Counted from the stretch's first letter, positions 40,405 through 56,802 are shown. The stretch is 60,485 nucleotides of DNA from Octopus sinensis (GCF_006345805.1 NW_021832613.1:1-60485); one strand, 5' to 3'. A program made the numbers and translations. The notes: generated from the sequence alone by a model not told the origin.

Positions 40405-43400
40405 TGTTACACATTCATATCTATGTGTATATGCAGGTATATGTATGTAGAATACATCCGCACTTTTGGCACTATTTTGTTAGTAACAGTACGAACTGTG
40501 TCTAAAGTATATATGTATCACTACGCTGAATGTAGTCCAGTTTGTGTAACATGAAAAAGTAAATAAACACGTAAAAGAATAACAATGGCTTCATATTGGT
40601 TGTTTATCCCATTAGAAGGATACAACACATAACATGGTGGCAGCGGTAAATGATTAATCGGAAACTGTGCCTTTACAACAAAACAGAAACAACGAACCAG
40701 AAATTAACAAACAAAACATCGCTTCGTCTTCGGACACACATACACGAGAATCAAAAATGGCGACCCCCGTCACCGTACAGATGAATCTACATCCAAACAT
40801 GAACTGGGACTCCGATGATATCGTGGAAGCGTTTAAGAAATTCAAACAGAAAACTCAACTAGCTTTCAAAAGTTTCCTGAAAGGCACGACTGAAGATGAA
40901 AAGGTGAGCTACATTCTTTTATGGACGGGAGAGAAGGGCCTAGACCAATTCAATAGCTGGGACATGTCAGAATCGGATTGCAATAACCCAGACACACTTT
41001 TAGAGAAATTTGAAAGGCACCTAGAGCCCAGATCGAACCATAGAATTCACAGATTCGAATTCCAGATCCTGAAACAAGACCCACAAGAAACGAGTGACAA
41101 TTTCCTGTCCAGACTAAAGAACATTGCCGAAAAATGCAAATTCAAAGATAAGGACAAAAGAATTGTTGATCAATTAATATGGGGGTGTGCTCATAAAGAA
41201 GTTCAGAAATCCCTCATAGGTATGGACGCTCTCCAGTTGATAGAAGCAGTAGACACTGCAAGAACATTCGAAGCCACTACCAAACAAATGGCCTCACCTT
41301 ACAAACAAGCTCACTAGGCAGCAGTGTAGATATTGTATCTAGGCACAGGACGAAACATACCCGCAAACAAAGAACATGCCAGTACTGTGGTACAGAGCAT
41401 GAGTTCGATAACCGGATGAAATGTCCTGCATTCGGTACACACTGCAAAGCATGTGGAAAACCTAACCACTGGGAAAAAATGTGTAGGTTGGCAAAATCCC
41501 AGAAATACAAGCCCCAATTTTCAAAGAGAAGACAAAGAGATATACATGCACAACTACAGGAACAAAACACCTCAGAGGAGGAATTCTTGGCAGTCGGCAC
41601 AATAAATGTGCATGAGATGGGAAATGGCGACAAGAAAAAAAATGAGGCATACACAACAATAAGAATACAAAAGAAGTCTGGCAAGAAACGAATAAACATT
41701 GACTTAAGGCTGAAGATTGAGACTGGAGCCCAGAGTGATATCTTGCCTGTCAACCTCTACAAAAAGGTGTTCCCAGAACACATGACACGAGAGGATAAAA
41801 TCAAAGAAGGAGTCCTCACACCAAATGATGTAATCCTCACTGCGTACGGAGGTACCAGGATTCCACAACTGGGCAAAACAACAATCACAGGGACACACAA
41901 AGGAAAAACAATCAAGTGTTCTTTTTATGTCACAACAACAGAAGGTCAAGCAATTCTTGGACTCAATACCTGCAAAAAGCTAAATATTGTGTCAATCAAT
42001 GTTGAAGTGAAGGCAACTCCGAGCAGGATTGACAGAGATATGCCTATCAAAGACCGACCACCAATCACAAACAAAGAAGAACTGATAAGCATGTACCCTG
42101 AATGCTTTGACGATACAGTCGGGTGCTTTGTGAAATGTAGATACCATATAACAGTCGACCCCAATATCAAACCAATTGTTCACCCACCTCGCCGCGTCCC
42201 TCTAGAACTAAAAGAGAAGCTGAAGACAGAGTTGGACAGAATGGAAAAAAAAGAAATAATCACCAAAGTGACACAACCAACAGACAGGGTGAATTCAATT
42301 GTAATCAAAGAAAAACCCAATGGTAGCCTACAGATATGCCTCGACCCAAGGGACCTGAACAAGGCATTAAAAAGAGAGTACCATCCAATTCGAACCCTTG
42401 AAGAAATCCCACCATCATTGACTGGGTCCAAATTATTCCGCAAACTGGATGCCAGTAATGGGTACTGGAATGTAAAGATAGACAAAGAGTCATCCATGCT
42501 CACTACCTTCAACACACCATTTGGCAGATATCGATTCAACCGACTCCCATTTGGATTGAAGGTGAGCCAAGATGTTTACCAGTGCCAAATATATGAGACC
42601 TACCAAGGCTGCAAGGGAGCAATTGGAATAGCAGATGACATCCAAGTGCATGGCAAGGATGAGACCACACATGACTTCAATTTACATGAAGCTATGGAGA
42701 AAACCCGACAAGCAGGCATCAAACTCAATGCAGACAAGTGTGTGATCAAAGCAAAGGAGTGCAAATTCTTTGGAATTATATACTCTGCAGAGGGAGTGAA
42801 ACCAGACCCCACTAAAGTGGAAGCCATCAGAGACATCAAAGAACCTAAAGACAAGAAGGAACTCAGGAGCTTCCTAGGACTCATTCACAACATGGGAGCC
42901 TTCATGCCCAAGCTGGCCGATCACACTGCACATCTCCGAGAACTAAACAAAGATGACGTAGAGTTTGATTGGTGTGCTTCACACACACAGGATTTCAAAG
43001 CAATCAAAAAGCTCATCAGTAAGGAGACAACTCTGCAATACTATGACAGACGCAAAGCAGTAACACTCCAAGTCGATGCTTCTATGAGAGGAGTTGGCGC
43101 AGCACTGATACAGGAAGGTAAGCCCATTGCATATGCCTCGAAAGCTCTCTCGCCCACAGAGACAATGTACGGAAATATTGAAAGGGAACTCCTGGCAGTA
43201 GTATATGGATGTGAAAAGTTCCATACATACCTGTATGGAAGATATTTCAATATTGAAACAGACCATCGACCGCTAGAACAAATACATAGAAAGAACCTGA
43301 CAAAAGCACCAGCCAGACTGCAAAGATTACTGTTACGGCTTCAAACCTACGACTATGATATCAGGTACAAGCCAGGAAAAGACCTGATATTGGCGGATGT

Positions 43401-44112
43401 TCTTTCCAGACTATCCTCACATGATAAACAGGAGATGGAAGGACTAAGCATAAAGGTCCACCACATTATAAATGTAACAACCACCCATCAGCAGACAACG
43501 AGTACAACACCTACTGCATCAGTGACAACACCCACAGAATCATCATCCCAATGGGCACCAACCACCCATCAGCAGCCCAACAACACACCTCAGACACCGG
43601 TGTGAAGCACAAGATCAACCAGATGGAAAAAGAACATCCTGCCACCGGTTCGATACCGTTAAAGAAAAAATATTTTCTCTTTTTGTTCATGATAAAGTTT
43701 TTTCAAAAGAAAAGAAGAAAAATAATGAAAAGATAAGTAACTAATTCTGCTCGATTACAAAGCAGAGGCAGAATAATCTCATGGTTTCTGCTGCAGGAGT
43801 GCCACCTCACGCTGACAATCCATTAGAGTAAGGAAGACTACTATATTTGTCTTCATTGCCAAAAGAACCCTTTTTTCAAGAAGAAGGGATGTTACACATT
43901 CATATATATGCGTGGGCGTGCGTGCGTGGAATGCTTCCCCGCTTTTGGCACTATTTTATAAGTATTACTACGCTGTGTCTAGAGTTATATAAGTGTCGCT
44001 GTGCTGAATGTAGTCCAGTTCTTGTAACATGAAAAAGTAAATAAACACGTAAAAGAATAACTATGCTTCGTATTAAGTTGTCTATCCCATTAGAACGAAA
44101 CAACACATAACA
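40405..44112 (+). mobile_element. Gypsy copy 3: two LTRs (40405-40634 and 43890-44112), PBS, gag-PR-RT-RNaseH, PPT; no integrase
   Basis: PBS tggtggcagcggt at 40635; PPT aagaagaaggga at 43878-43889; pol has LDASNGYW, IADD, LQVDAS, ERELLA, TDHRPL, LADVLSR, then a Thr/Pro-rich tail. Confidence 0.93.
40757..43605 (+). pseudogene. Gypsy gag-pol with a 4-nt deletion near 41290 and an integrase deletion
   Basis: ORFs 40667-41317 (ATG at 40757) and 41416-43605; copy 2 is open across this junction (gcctcacttaccttac versus gcctcaccttac). Confidence 0.85.
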
Positions 44113-44513
44113 GTGATGAAGCCGAATATTGAAGAAATCTCTTTCACAAAATCCAAAATCTATTAAAGTAGAGCCGCAATTCTTTGAAGACTGGAGTTAG
44201 TTCCCGTTCTTCATTGTAAAAACTCTTCCTCATTAAGTGTATTTCTTGTTCTTGTTTCTCACGCACCTTGATTGTTTGATCAGTTCCTCTTGACAACTGA
44301 TATTTAAGAGAAAATCCAATCAAATATATACAAATAATTGGTAATTAACTGTCTAAACAAACAGATACAGCATTTACGATTATGTGGACCTGAAAAATAT
44401 TAATTAACGTTTGTTGTAGAAACCTAGAAATTCTCTTGAAGCTGTCGTTGTCCACTCTGACTCCAGTTCTCACATCTTCCTCGTTCACTCTTTCTCTCCA
44501 TATCTATTACTAT
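44113..44513 (+). other. Copy of ZNF exon 1 fused directly to the Gypsy 3' LTR; donor at 44514
   Basis: Homologous to 7561-7961. Confidence 0.75.
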
Positions 44514-44759
44514 GTAAGTATTTATTTAAACATTTCTATTATATATGTGTCGTATTATGTACATTTATTTGTTTCGATGTGTTGAGAAAGTTAAAAGAAA
44601 AAAAATCATATATCTGTATATATATATCGGTACTTTTCTACAAGCGAGGTCCCGGTGCTAGCTAGTCGTGACTAGTCAATCTTAACGCGAGTGCGCGACT
44701 ATAAATCACAATCGGATGGTGTTTGTTGTGTGCCACCGGCACGGAGGCCAGTCGATATG

Positions 44760-44880
44760 GCAAAAGTGACTGATAGAATAAGTACTAGGCTTACAAAGAA
44801 TTAGTCCCGGGGTCGATTTGCTCGACTAAAGGCGGTGTTCCAGCATGGCCTCAGTCACATGACTGAAATAAGTAAAAGAG
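44760..44880 (+). mobile_element. SINE 3' tail
   Basis: Reverse complement of 5611-5730. Confidence 0.8.
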
Positions 44881-45129
44881 TATGTCTTACGTTGACGACA
44901 TTGAAGTTGACGATGATGAAATAGATTTAGAAAATAACATATTCTACAGTGAAGATAATGAAATTGAGGCCGGCAGTGGGCAATTTGAGACGAAAATCTC
45001 TATAAATTACACCAATAACCAATTGCATGGTTCCGGTATCTGGGGACCAGTATTTTGTAACAGAGTATATTAGTAAACTTTCTTAAAATGACCAGGTGAA
45101 AATAAAAAAAAAAAGAATTGAAAGTGAAA

Positions 45130-45524
45130 TCTCTATGTTATAAAGCTGAAGTTGTCTGTGTATGGCAGGTTTGGTAGCCTCCAACTAACACTATCTCCTC
45201 CGAGACCCTGCGGAGCAAGTTGACCAAAATTGAGAGTATGATAGAAGAAGGCTTGCTCTTCATTCCGTAGCAGATAAAATTCAAATCGGACCATGTTAAC
45301 ACCAAAAATTATTTACATCAAAAAGGTGCTTCTTTTTCTTTGTAAATCCCTATTTTTTACGATTTTTTTATTGTTGTGTCGCCATTTTTCGGTTTATTTC
45401 AACCAGAAAAATGTTCACTTTAAGAGAATAACAAGCTACATAATGCAACATTTTTACTTTTCAAAAATTCCAATTCTAAAGGGTCGAAAAGAACCCGAGC
45501 AACGCCGGGTTACACTGCTGGTAG
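45130..45524 (+). mobile_element. Non-autonomous Helitron H1
   Basis: 5' TC-tctatgttataaa; 3' hairpin cccgagcaacgccggg followed by ctggtag. Confidence 0.65.
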
Positions 45525-46449
45525 TTAACATAAGGGAACAGACAAAAATGCTGGAACGAATCCAACCAGTCAGTAGAGACATCTATTGGAGAATTCAAGA
45601 AATACAATCATACAAAGGGAAATAACTTCTACACTACATCAACCAAGCTCCAATTATTAATTAAGGTGCTTAATTAACTGACTCACAGTTTCTATCTGAA
45701 CAGGGTAAGTTGACAAAGATTTACTTTAAGGCTTTAATGATGATAATAATACTAATAATAATATTGTAAATCGTAGAATTCTGTGAATCTTTCGATGTTA
45801 CAGTAATCATTTCGAAGCGAAAACATAAAAATATAAGGAAAATATATTAATTCGTCTTAAATAATATTTTCTTCTTTAGATACAAGACCTGAAATTTGAG
45901 GGCGGTCAATGGTCGATCATATCGGCATCAATATTTAACTGGTACTTAATTTATCGACCCAGAAGGAATAAAAGGTTAAAGTCAGCCTCGACGGAATTTG
46001 AACTCAGAACGTACCTCGTCTTAATTAATAACTTCCAAACTGAAGTGTCCCAACACTGCCCTGGTCGTGCAGACCTGATCAAAGGAGTTTATTTTTAACC
46101 AGACGTAAAATAACCCTTTACTTCATAGAAATGTTTTATTTCTACGTGGTGGAAATTTGGTTACTATAAGTTTACATTGAAGAGACTTGGTCGTTGACAG
46201 GAGCCTCATAAGTTAACGCAGTGAACCATTTCATACGAGGCAATTAGTGTTATCTTCGTCGGTGTTCTGTCACTGTACTACCCTTCCTCTATCTGCCTGG
46301 CAAATAAATTCTGACCCCACGTTGTTGGCTTGTCACCAGTAACCGATTTTCCTGTTGAAGCCTACAGTAAAATTACCTTGTTGGGGAGGGGTTAAGCCAA
46401 TTTTTTAAAACTTCTTTTTGAATTTTCATGCTGCTGTTTGCCGTAGCTA

Positions 46450-46852
46450 TCTTCTCTATATATAAACGGCAGTTTGTCTGTCTGTGTGTCTGACCACGGC
46501 TTTCAACTGGTTCTGATGAAACTTGACACACACATAGCCCAATGTCATAATTCAAAACTAACGCAGCGAAAATTTTGAAAAGTTCCCCCAGTTCTGAAAA
46601 AAATCGATAAATTCGACATGGGGGTCGAGAATCTAAGCTTTTTATATGCGACACATTTTCTGTTGTAGTTTTTGCAACTTGCAATCGGGAGACAGCTAGG
46701 AACATCGTATACACAGAAGTATTCGAGTGAAGAGAAGACATTGCAACCTACACATGTGCCTTCGTTCCCTAGAGGGAAAGAAATAGATTGGGATTAGTCG
46801 TTGCCTACTAGGGGCTCTTACATACCCGGGCAACGCCGGGCTATGCTGCTAG
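46450..46852 (+). mobile_element. Non-autonomous Helitron H2
   Basis: a/TC...tatatataaacggc 5' end; cccgggcaacgccggg hairpin and CTAG/t 3' end. Confidence 0.8.
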
Positions 46853-47165
46853 TTCAAACTAAACACAAGTGAATTGTTGCCTGTAGTGTTCTACTTTGAA
46901 AAACATGTTTTTCAATGCTTCTAATTCTTTTGTAATGAAAAAAAAAAAAAGCAATTGTCTTTAAAATAATATACACCGAATATCATTGAAAAATATTTCC
47001 TAAGCTCCAGTAGGGGCTCGCTATTAACTTAGTTTTTGCAATGTTGCGCCAATCAGCTCATTTGCATACGCAAGTCGCTGTAGGATCGACTACCTACGAC
47101 TGGCTTGCGCAGATGCGCGTCTGTGCAAACCGGGTTCAGTCTTCGCGACTACTACCTACTATATA

Positions 47166-47540
47166 TCTCTCTATATATAAACGGCAGTTTGTCTGTGCGT
47201 GTTTCTGTGTGTCTGTTTGCTTGTACCTTCACCCTGACCACGGCTTTCAACCGATTCTGATGAAACTTGACACACACATAGCCCAATGTCATAATTCAAA
47301 ACTAACGCAGCGAAAATTTTGAAAAGTTCCCCCAGTTCTGAAAAAAATCGATAAATTCGACATGGGGTCCAGAATCAGAAACACAAACTGTCTAGGGGAC
47401 GCAACTCCACCTTTTTTAACTAAAAAAAAATTTACCATCATTTTTTTCCATTTTTTTGCTATTTTTTGGCTATAACTCTCTAAAAATGCTTTATAGTTAT
47501 TTCCCTTACAAACCTGAGCAACGCCGGGCGATACTGCTAG
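47166..47540 (+). mobile_element. Non-autonomous Helitron H3
   Basis: Same 5' ~190 bp as H2, different 3' half; gagcaacgccggg...CTAG/t. Confidence 0.8.
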
Positions 47541-47552
47541 TATATATATATA

Positions 47553-48262
47553 TCTCTATATATAAACGGCAGTTTGTCTGTCTGTCAGGTTGTACCCTCA
47601 CCCTGACCACGGCTTTCAACTGGTTCTGATGAAACTTGACACACACATAGCCCAATGTCATAATTCAAAACTAACGCAGCGAAAATTTTGAAAAGTTCCC
47701 CTAGTTCTGAAAAAAAATCGATAAATTCGACATGGGGTCGAGAATCTAAGCTTTTTATATGCAACACATTTTCTACAGACTGTCTAGGGGACGCAACTCG
47801 ACCTTTTTAACTCTCGGAACACGTGGGGTAAGTGTCCCAAAAAAGTCAAAAGTGACCAAACTGAACAAGCGAATGGAAAAGGTTTTTTGGTGCACACGAC
47901 AAAAGCGGTTTATAATAAACCAAGAGTTTGCAAGTAGCGTCCGAGGACCCTTAGGGTACGTCAAAAATTTAAGGTAAAACGTTTGGGGTGGTAGTTATAA
48001 AGAAAGTTAAAACAAAAAGATGTATTTGAATAACTTGCGGCTGCAACAGCTATTGGCAGAAGTCTTGAATGTAACTTCTTCCTGGTAGGAATTGGTTGGG
48101 TTGAATTATCGATAGCTGTTTGATAGTTATTTGGGAGTGAAGAGAAGACATTGCAGCCTACACATGCGCCTTCGTTCCCTAGAGGGAAAGGACAAGATTG
48201 GGATTAGTCGTTGCCTACTAGGGGCGCTTACATACCCGGGCAACGCTGGGCTATGCTGCTAG
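47553..48262 (+). mobile_element. Non-autonomous Helitron H4, head-to-tail with H3
   Basis: Shared 5' end; H2-type 3' ~125 bp; extra ~350-bp interior; CTAG/t. Confidence 0.8.
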
Positions 48263-48278
48263 TATATATATATATATG

Positions 48279-48640
48279 GGTTCTTTTCTACAAGAGTGGT
48301 CCCGGTGCTAGCTAGTCGTGACTAGTCGATCTTACAAAGAATACATAACTCGAGTGCGCGACTAAAAATCACACTCGCATGGGCTAGACATGTATGAGGT
48401 TTCTTTTAGCAAATAAATTTTTTAAACAAAGAAAATAAAACACAAAGTAAGTAATTTCTTTTGTTGAGTCTTTTATTTACTTTGTTTAAGACAAAACCCA
48501 TTTTATTTGATATATATTCAGCCATTATATACATATATTATTATGCGTGCATCTGTTAATTTGCATACTCGCGCTAGGTAGTCGTTGAAGGATCGACCAG
48601 TCACGAGTACGCGCACCGGGACCAGTCTTTGAGTAGTACC
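48279..48640. mobile_element. MITE-like element with imperfect TIRs, superfamily unassigned
   Basis: Left ggttcttttctacaagagtggtcccggtgc...gtcgtgactagtcgatc; right gatcgaccagtcacgag...gcaccgggaccagtctttgagtagtacc. Confidence 0.65.
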
Positions 48641-49677
48641 TTTGGTAGAGTATGGAGGACTGGTTATGTGGTCATGCTGCCTCTAATTTTTATTTCATCC
48701 CCCTGCAATGCTTCTAGATGTCTCACCAACGTATGTAATGTTCTTGTCTTTACAAGCACCCCACAAGAAAATCTCTGTCTATAGATGAGTAGAGGCGAAT
48801 TATATCCATTCTACCCGGACACAACCTGTGAGGTCTTCAGAGGGCTTGCAGCTATTGATTCTACTGAGGAGATCCTTCCTGCTCACAAAGACGTGTGTCA
48901 CCATTTCCGTGAGTGGTCGTAACACCTGCTAGAGGAAGGAGTATAATTACTGTTGTCCCTTTTTAAATTGAAGGACTCATGAAATTGTAAGATGTATTCG
49001 GAGTCAGGATTTTGCTCGATGAGTCGACTCTACTTTTTGGGGTTTGTAAAATATTAATGTTGATGATAATAATAATAATGATAATGATTTTTTTTTTAAC
49101 GGAAAGATGTTTGGGGCACCAAGTTTTGACAGACTAAATATAAAGAGGGGCCTTCACTGTGGGCTAGCTAGCAAGCTGGTCTTCAGAGAAGGGACTCCTG
49201 GTTAGGTGGGAGGGGCATTCTCCAGCCCTTCAGGGTGGGCACGTATGGATCCTAGAGGGAAGTTCAGTGCCCATGAAGAGAAGTGGGAGTTTTAATTAGT
49301 TAGCGGAAAGGCGGCAGACGAGTAACAATGCTTCTTTATCATTAACTCTGATCACTTCATAAACAGCCCATTTCACTTGTGGCAACTTTGCTCTGCGAAA
49401 TTCTGGATGGCATCAACTCACTACTCTGGTCATGTTATGCCCACTATATTTTCGTTTTGGCTAGCTCCATTCCCATTAGCTTCTAACACCTTCCAACTCA
49501 ATCTACTTATGCAAGCATGGACAGTAAATGCATGACAATGGTAGTGATATAAAATCTGCAATGTTGAATTACTTATGTTGGTCAACTATCCAGTTTTATC
49601 TTACTGCTTCTTTTCCTATTTCAGAATATCACAACATGTTGACATGAAGGAAATCTCTACATTCAGAAGTGTCTTTG

Positions 49678-49729
49678 ATATTCTCATCACCTAGAGGAAG
49701 ACAGCATATTTATAAGGAGCATTCATGAA
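49678..49729. repeat. 52-bp inverted repeat, left arm (right arm 51927-51978)
   Basis: atattctcatcacctagaggaagacagcatatttataaggagcattcatgaa; 50/52 identical to the reverse complement of the right arm. Confidence 0.95.
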
Positions 49730-49790
49730 GATTTTCGTGTGTAGTTACAACACCATTTGCAAAAAATGAATTACAACAAGTAATGCAAGG

Positions 49791-51818
<2,028 letters not shown>

Positions 51819-51926
51819 TCATTCAGATAACAATTTAATGCAATGTTTCTTCCATACATTCCACAGAAAGAAAAATATTCCGCTGTTCCTTGTTATAGAC
51901 TGTATTTATATACAGAGGTAGACTTA

Positions 51927-51978
51927 TTCATGAATGCTCCTTATAAATATACTGTCTTCCTTTAGGTGATGAGAATAT
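51927..51978. repeat. 52-bp inverted repeat, right arm
   Basis: ttcatgaatgctccttataaatatactgtcttcctttaggtgatgagaatat. Confidence 0.95.
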
Positions 51979-52207
51979 ATATATATATTGTATATATGTA
52001 TATGTATATTGTATATATATATATATGTATATATACAAAATGAGAAAATGGAGAAACATACCTAAATCAATCATCACCATCAGATAATACCCAATCAATA
52101 CTTTATTAAACCATTACACAACACAATGACATTATACATAATATATTACAAATATAACTAGACATAGAAATAAAAATAGAAAATACAATACATTGTAGCT
52201 GATATAT

Positions 52208-52249
<42 letters not shown>

Positions 52250-52276
52250 ATATATATAATATATATATATATATAT

Positions 52277-52307
<31 letters not shown>

Positions 52308-52377
52308 TGTATATATTATATTGATATATATATATATTGGATATATATATATAGATATTGTATATATATATATATAT

Positions 52378-52430
<53 letters not shown>

Positions 52431-52498
52431 TATATATATATATATTTTATATATATATATATGGTATATATATAGATATATTGTATAAATATATAGTG

Positions 52499-52538
<40 letters not shown>

Positions 52539-52674
52539 ATTGTATTATATAGATATATTGTATATATAGATATATGTATACAATATATATATATATATAC
52601 GATAATATATATATTGTATACAATATATATATATATATATTGTATACAATATATATATTATATATATATATACA

Positions 52675-52713
<39 letters not shown>

Positions 52714-53231
52714 TACAATATATATATATTGTATAAAGTTACTCCAACCGCAGAACGGGGCGCCGCTGCGTGGTGCCAAGGATTCCAACATCACCATCAA
52801 AATACAGGTCCAGATACTGCAACAGCTTGGGTTTCAGAGGACCACAGCTCTTTAACATCCTCCCTAAATGCCTGAGAGACTTACATGGTGTGGATGTGGG
52901 TTTCTTTAAAACTAAAACTGGATCTCTTCTGTTGGGAGTCCCAGATGAACCTACCTCACGACAGGAGACACAGATGCGGGCAGCAGCATCGAACTCCCTT
53001 GTTGATCAAGTGCCACGTATCAGAGGTGGATTCACAAACTAGTGTAGCTATTCAGCGGTGGTGCCCAGCATGGCCGCGGCCTTCGGGCTAAAACATTTTT
53101 AAGGATTTTTAAGGATATATATATACAATATATATATATATATATATTGATATATATATATATATATATATATTGATATATATATATATATATATATATA
53201 TTGATATATAAGATATATATATATATTATAT

Positions 53232-53273
<42 letters not shown>

Positions 53274-53316
53274 ATATATATATATATATTGTATATTATA
53301 TATATATATATATATA

Positions 53317-53369
<53 letters not shown>

Positions 53370-53977
53370 CAATATATATATATACAGATATATAGATATA
53401 TATATCAATATCTATATATATATATATACAATATATATATATATACAGTATATATATATATATATATATATACAATATATATCTATATACAGTATATTAT
53501 ATATAATATATATACATATATATATATATATATTGTATAATATATATATTATATATATATTATATATATAAAGAAAACAAATCAAATTGCGATAAAATAA
53601 AAATAATTATAATCGCTGGTATTTCTAGCACAAGCCATATATTTTCCATATATCAGTACATAAGGCGAAATATGTGCTAGGAACACAGAAGCTAGATAAA
53701 TTTAGTGAAATGAAGATAAAAACATTTACTAACTCGGTTACTCTTAGACTGCAGTTTCTTTCTTTTCAGCAATAAAGATAATTTATTGCTCAGGGAGAAT
53801 TCATCGGTAAGAGCCCTGTTGTTCTGAGATCCTAACTCACTAGAAGCATGTGCTTCTAATGATTTACTCTCTCTAACTAATCAGATCACTGCGCAGACTC
53901 CGAACGTCCCGACAAAACTAGGGATTCTGGTATATCGTCTAGCGCTCAAAATTTATCGAGAAATATGTAACAAAACC

Positions 53978-54030
<53 letters not shown>

Positions 54031-54376
54031 TATATATAGATATATATAGAATATATAATAGACAAATATATATATATATACAAATATATATATACGGTAT
54101 ATATATATATATACAAATATATAGATATATAGATATACGGTATATCTAGTATAGATAGATATATACGGTATTATATAGATATAGATATAGATATACGGTA
54201 TATAGATATATATAGATATATAGATATATATACGGTATATATATATATAGAGATATATATAGATATATATATAGATATATTATATATATATACAAATATA
54301 TATATATATACGGTGTATATAAATATAGATATATATATATACGGTATATATATAGTATATAGATATATATTGTATA

Positions 54377-54416
<40 letters not shown>

Positions 54417-55340
54417 CATATATATATATATATTGGTTTATATATATATATATATATATTATATAGATATATATATATATATTATTATATAGATATATGT
54501 ATATAGAAGTATATAGTGGATTAGATATATATATATATTGATATATATATATATATGATATATATGGTATATATATATATATGTATGTATATATATATAG
54601 ATATATATATATTGTATATATATATATAGTAGGTATTATTATAGAGATAGTATATATATAGATATATAGTATGTATATATATATATAGTAGTATATATAT
54701 ATAGATATATAGTATGTATATATATATATTGATATATATATAATATTGTATATATATATATATAATATTGTATATATAGATAGATTGTATATATATATAT
54801 ATTAGAGATATATATTGTTGTATATATATATATATTGTATAGATATATAGTATATATAATATGGTATATATATATATATGTATTATATAGATATTGTATA
54901 TATATATATATATTGTATATATATATATAGAGATATATATGGTAGATATATATATATTGTTAGATAGATATATATATATATATAGTGGAATATATTATAT
55001 GATATATATATTTAGATATATAGATATGTGTATATATATATATATGTATATATAATATCATATATATGTTATATAGTATAGAGTATATATATATATATAT
55101 TGTATATATATATATATTGTATATATATATATATATTATTGTATATATATATATATTGTATATATAGATATATATTGTATATATATATATTGGATAGATA
55201 TATTATATTGTATATATATATATATATATATCTAGATATTGGATATATTATATATATATATAATTGTATATATACTATATATGATATATTGTATATATTG
55301 GTATATATATATAATATATATTGTATATAGATATATCTAT

Positions 55341-55381
<41 letters not shown>

Positions 55382-55438
55382 GTGTATATATATATATATA
55401 TTATATATATAGTGGATATATATATATATATATATTGG

Positions 55439-55469
<31 letters not shown>

Positions 55470-55804
55470 ATATTATATATATATATATATTGTATATATA
55501 TATATATATTGTATATAGATAGAGATATTGTATATATATCTATATATATTAGATTATATATATATATATTGTATACTATATATATATATATATTATATAT
55601 ATGATATATATATATATATATAGATAGTAATTGTATATATATAGATATTGTATACTATATATATATAGTATATATATATATATATATATTGTATTAGTAT
55701 ATATATATGGTATATATATATATATATTGTATATTATATAATATATATAGATATATATAATAATATATATATAATATATCTATATATATAGATATATATA
55801 TAAT

Positions 55805-55884
<80 letters not shown>

Positions 55885-56001
55885 GATATATATATATATA
55901 TATATATACGTTTAAATATTTGTTGTGCAAGATTTTTTTATTGGCTAAACTGGCAATATGACCATTCTGAAATATAACAATATATATATAGATAGATAGA
56001 T

Positions 56002-56034
<33 letters not shown>

Positions 56035-56066
56035 CAGTATATATATATATACAGTATATATATATA

Positions 56067-56100
<34 letters not shown>

Positions 56101-56184
56101 CAGTATATATATATATATACACTATATATATATATATACGGTATATATATATATATATACAGTATATATATATATACAGTATAT

Positions 56185-56218
<34 letters not shown>

Positions 56219-56431
56219 TATATATACATACTATATAGTATATATAACAGTATATATATATATATATACAATATATATATATATATATATTGTTATATAT
56301 TTTATATATTGTATATATTGTATATATATATATATATATATACAATATATATATATATATATATATTGTACATATATATTGTATATATATATATATATTG
56401 TATATATATAATTGTATATATATATATATAT

Positions 56432-56469
<38 letters not shown>

Positions 56470-56748
56470 ATATATATTATATATTGTATATATATTATAT
56501 TATATATTTATATATATATATATATTATATTGTATATATATATATAATTATATATTGTATATATATATATTATATATTGTATATATATATATTATATATG
56601 TAATATATATATATATATATTATATATTTTATATATATATATTATATATTGTATATATATAATATATATATTATATATGTTATATATTATATATATATGT
56701 ATATATCATCATCATCATCATCATCATTTATATATATATATTTTATAT

Positions 56749-56802
<54 letters not shown>

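Larger units (their letters stand above)
44629..47156. mobile_element. Possible TIR DNA element with nested insertions (left end 44629-44700, right end ~47055-47156)
   Basis: Ends resemble the two ends of the 48279-48640 element (ggtac...ggtcccggtgc). Confidence 0.4.

Noticed and set aside
44113-44305. Possible C/D snoRNA (gtgatga...ctga) in the exon-1 copy
   Set aside because: The C box is not conserved in other copies (gtgacga), the span is too long and there is no terminal stem.
44882-45073. Acidic 63-aa ORF (MSYVDDIEVDDDE...)
   Set aside because: Could be a transposase fragment, but no recognisable motif; a homology search is needed.
48650-49560. GC-richer segments suggestive of decayed LINE sequence
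   Set aside because: No translatable motif could be supported.
53750-53815. Possible 37-nt micro-exon (tttcag...gtaaga) in the unique island within (TA)n
   Set aside because: Splice-like motifs alone are expected by chance; no partner exons were identified.
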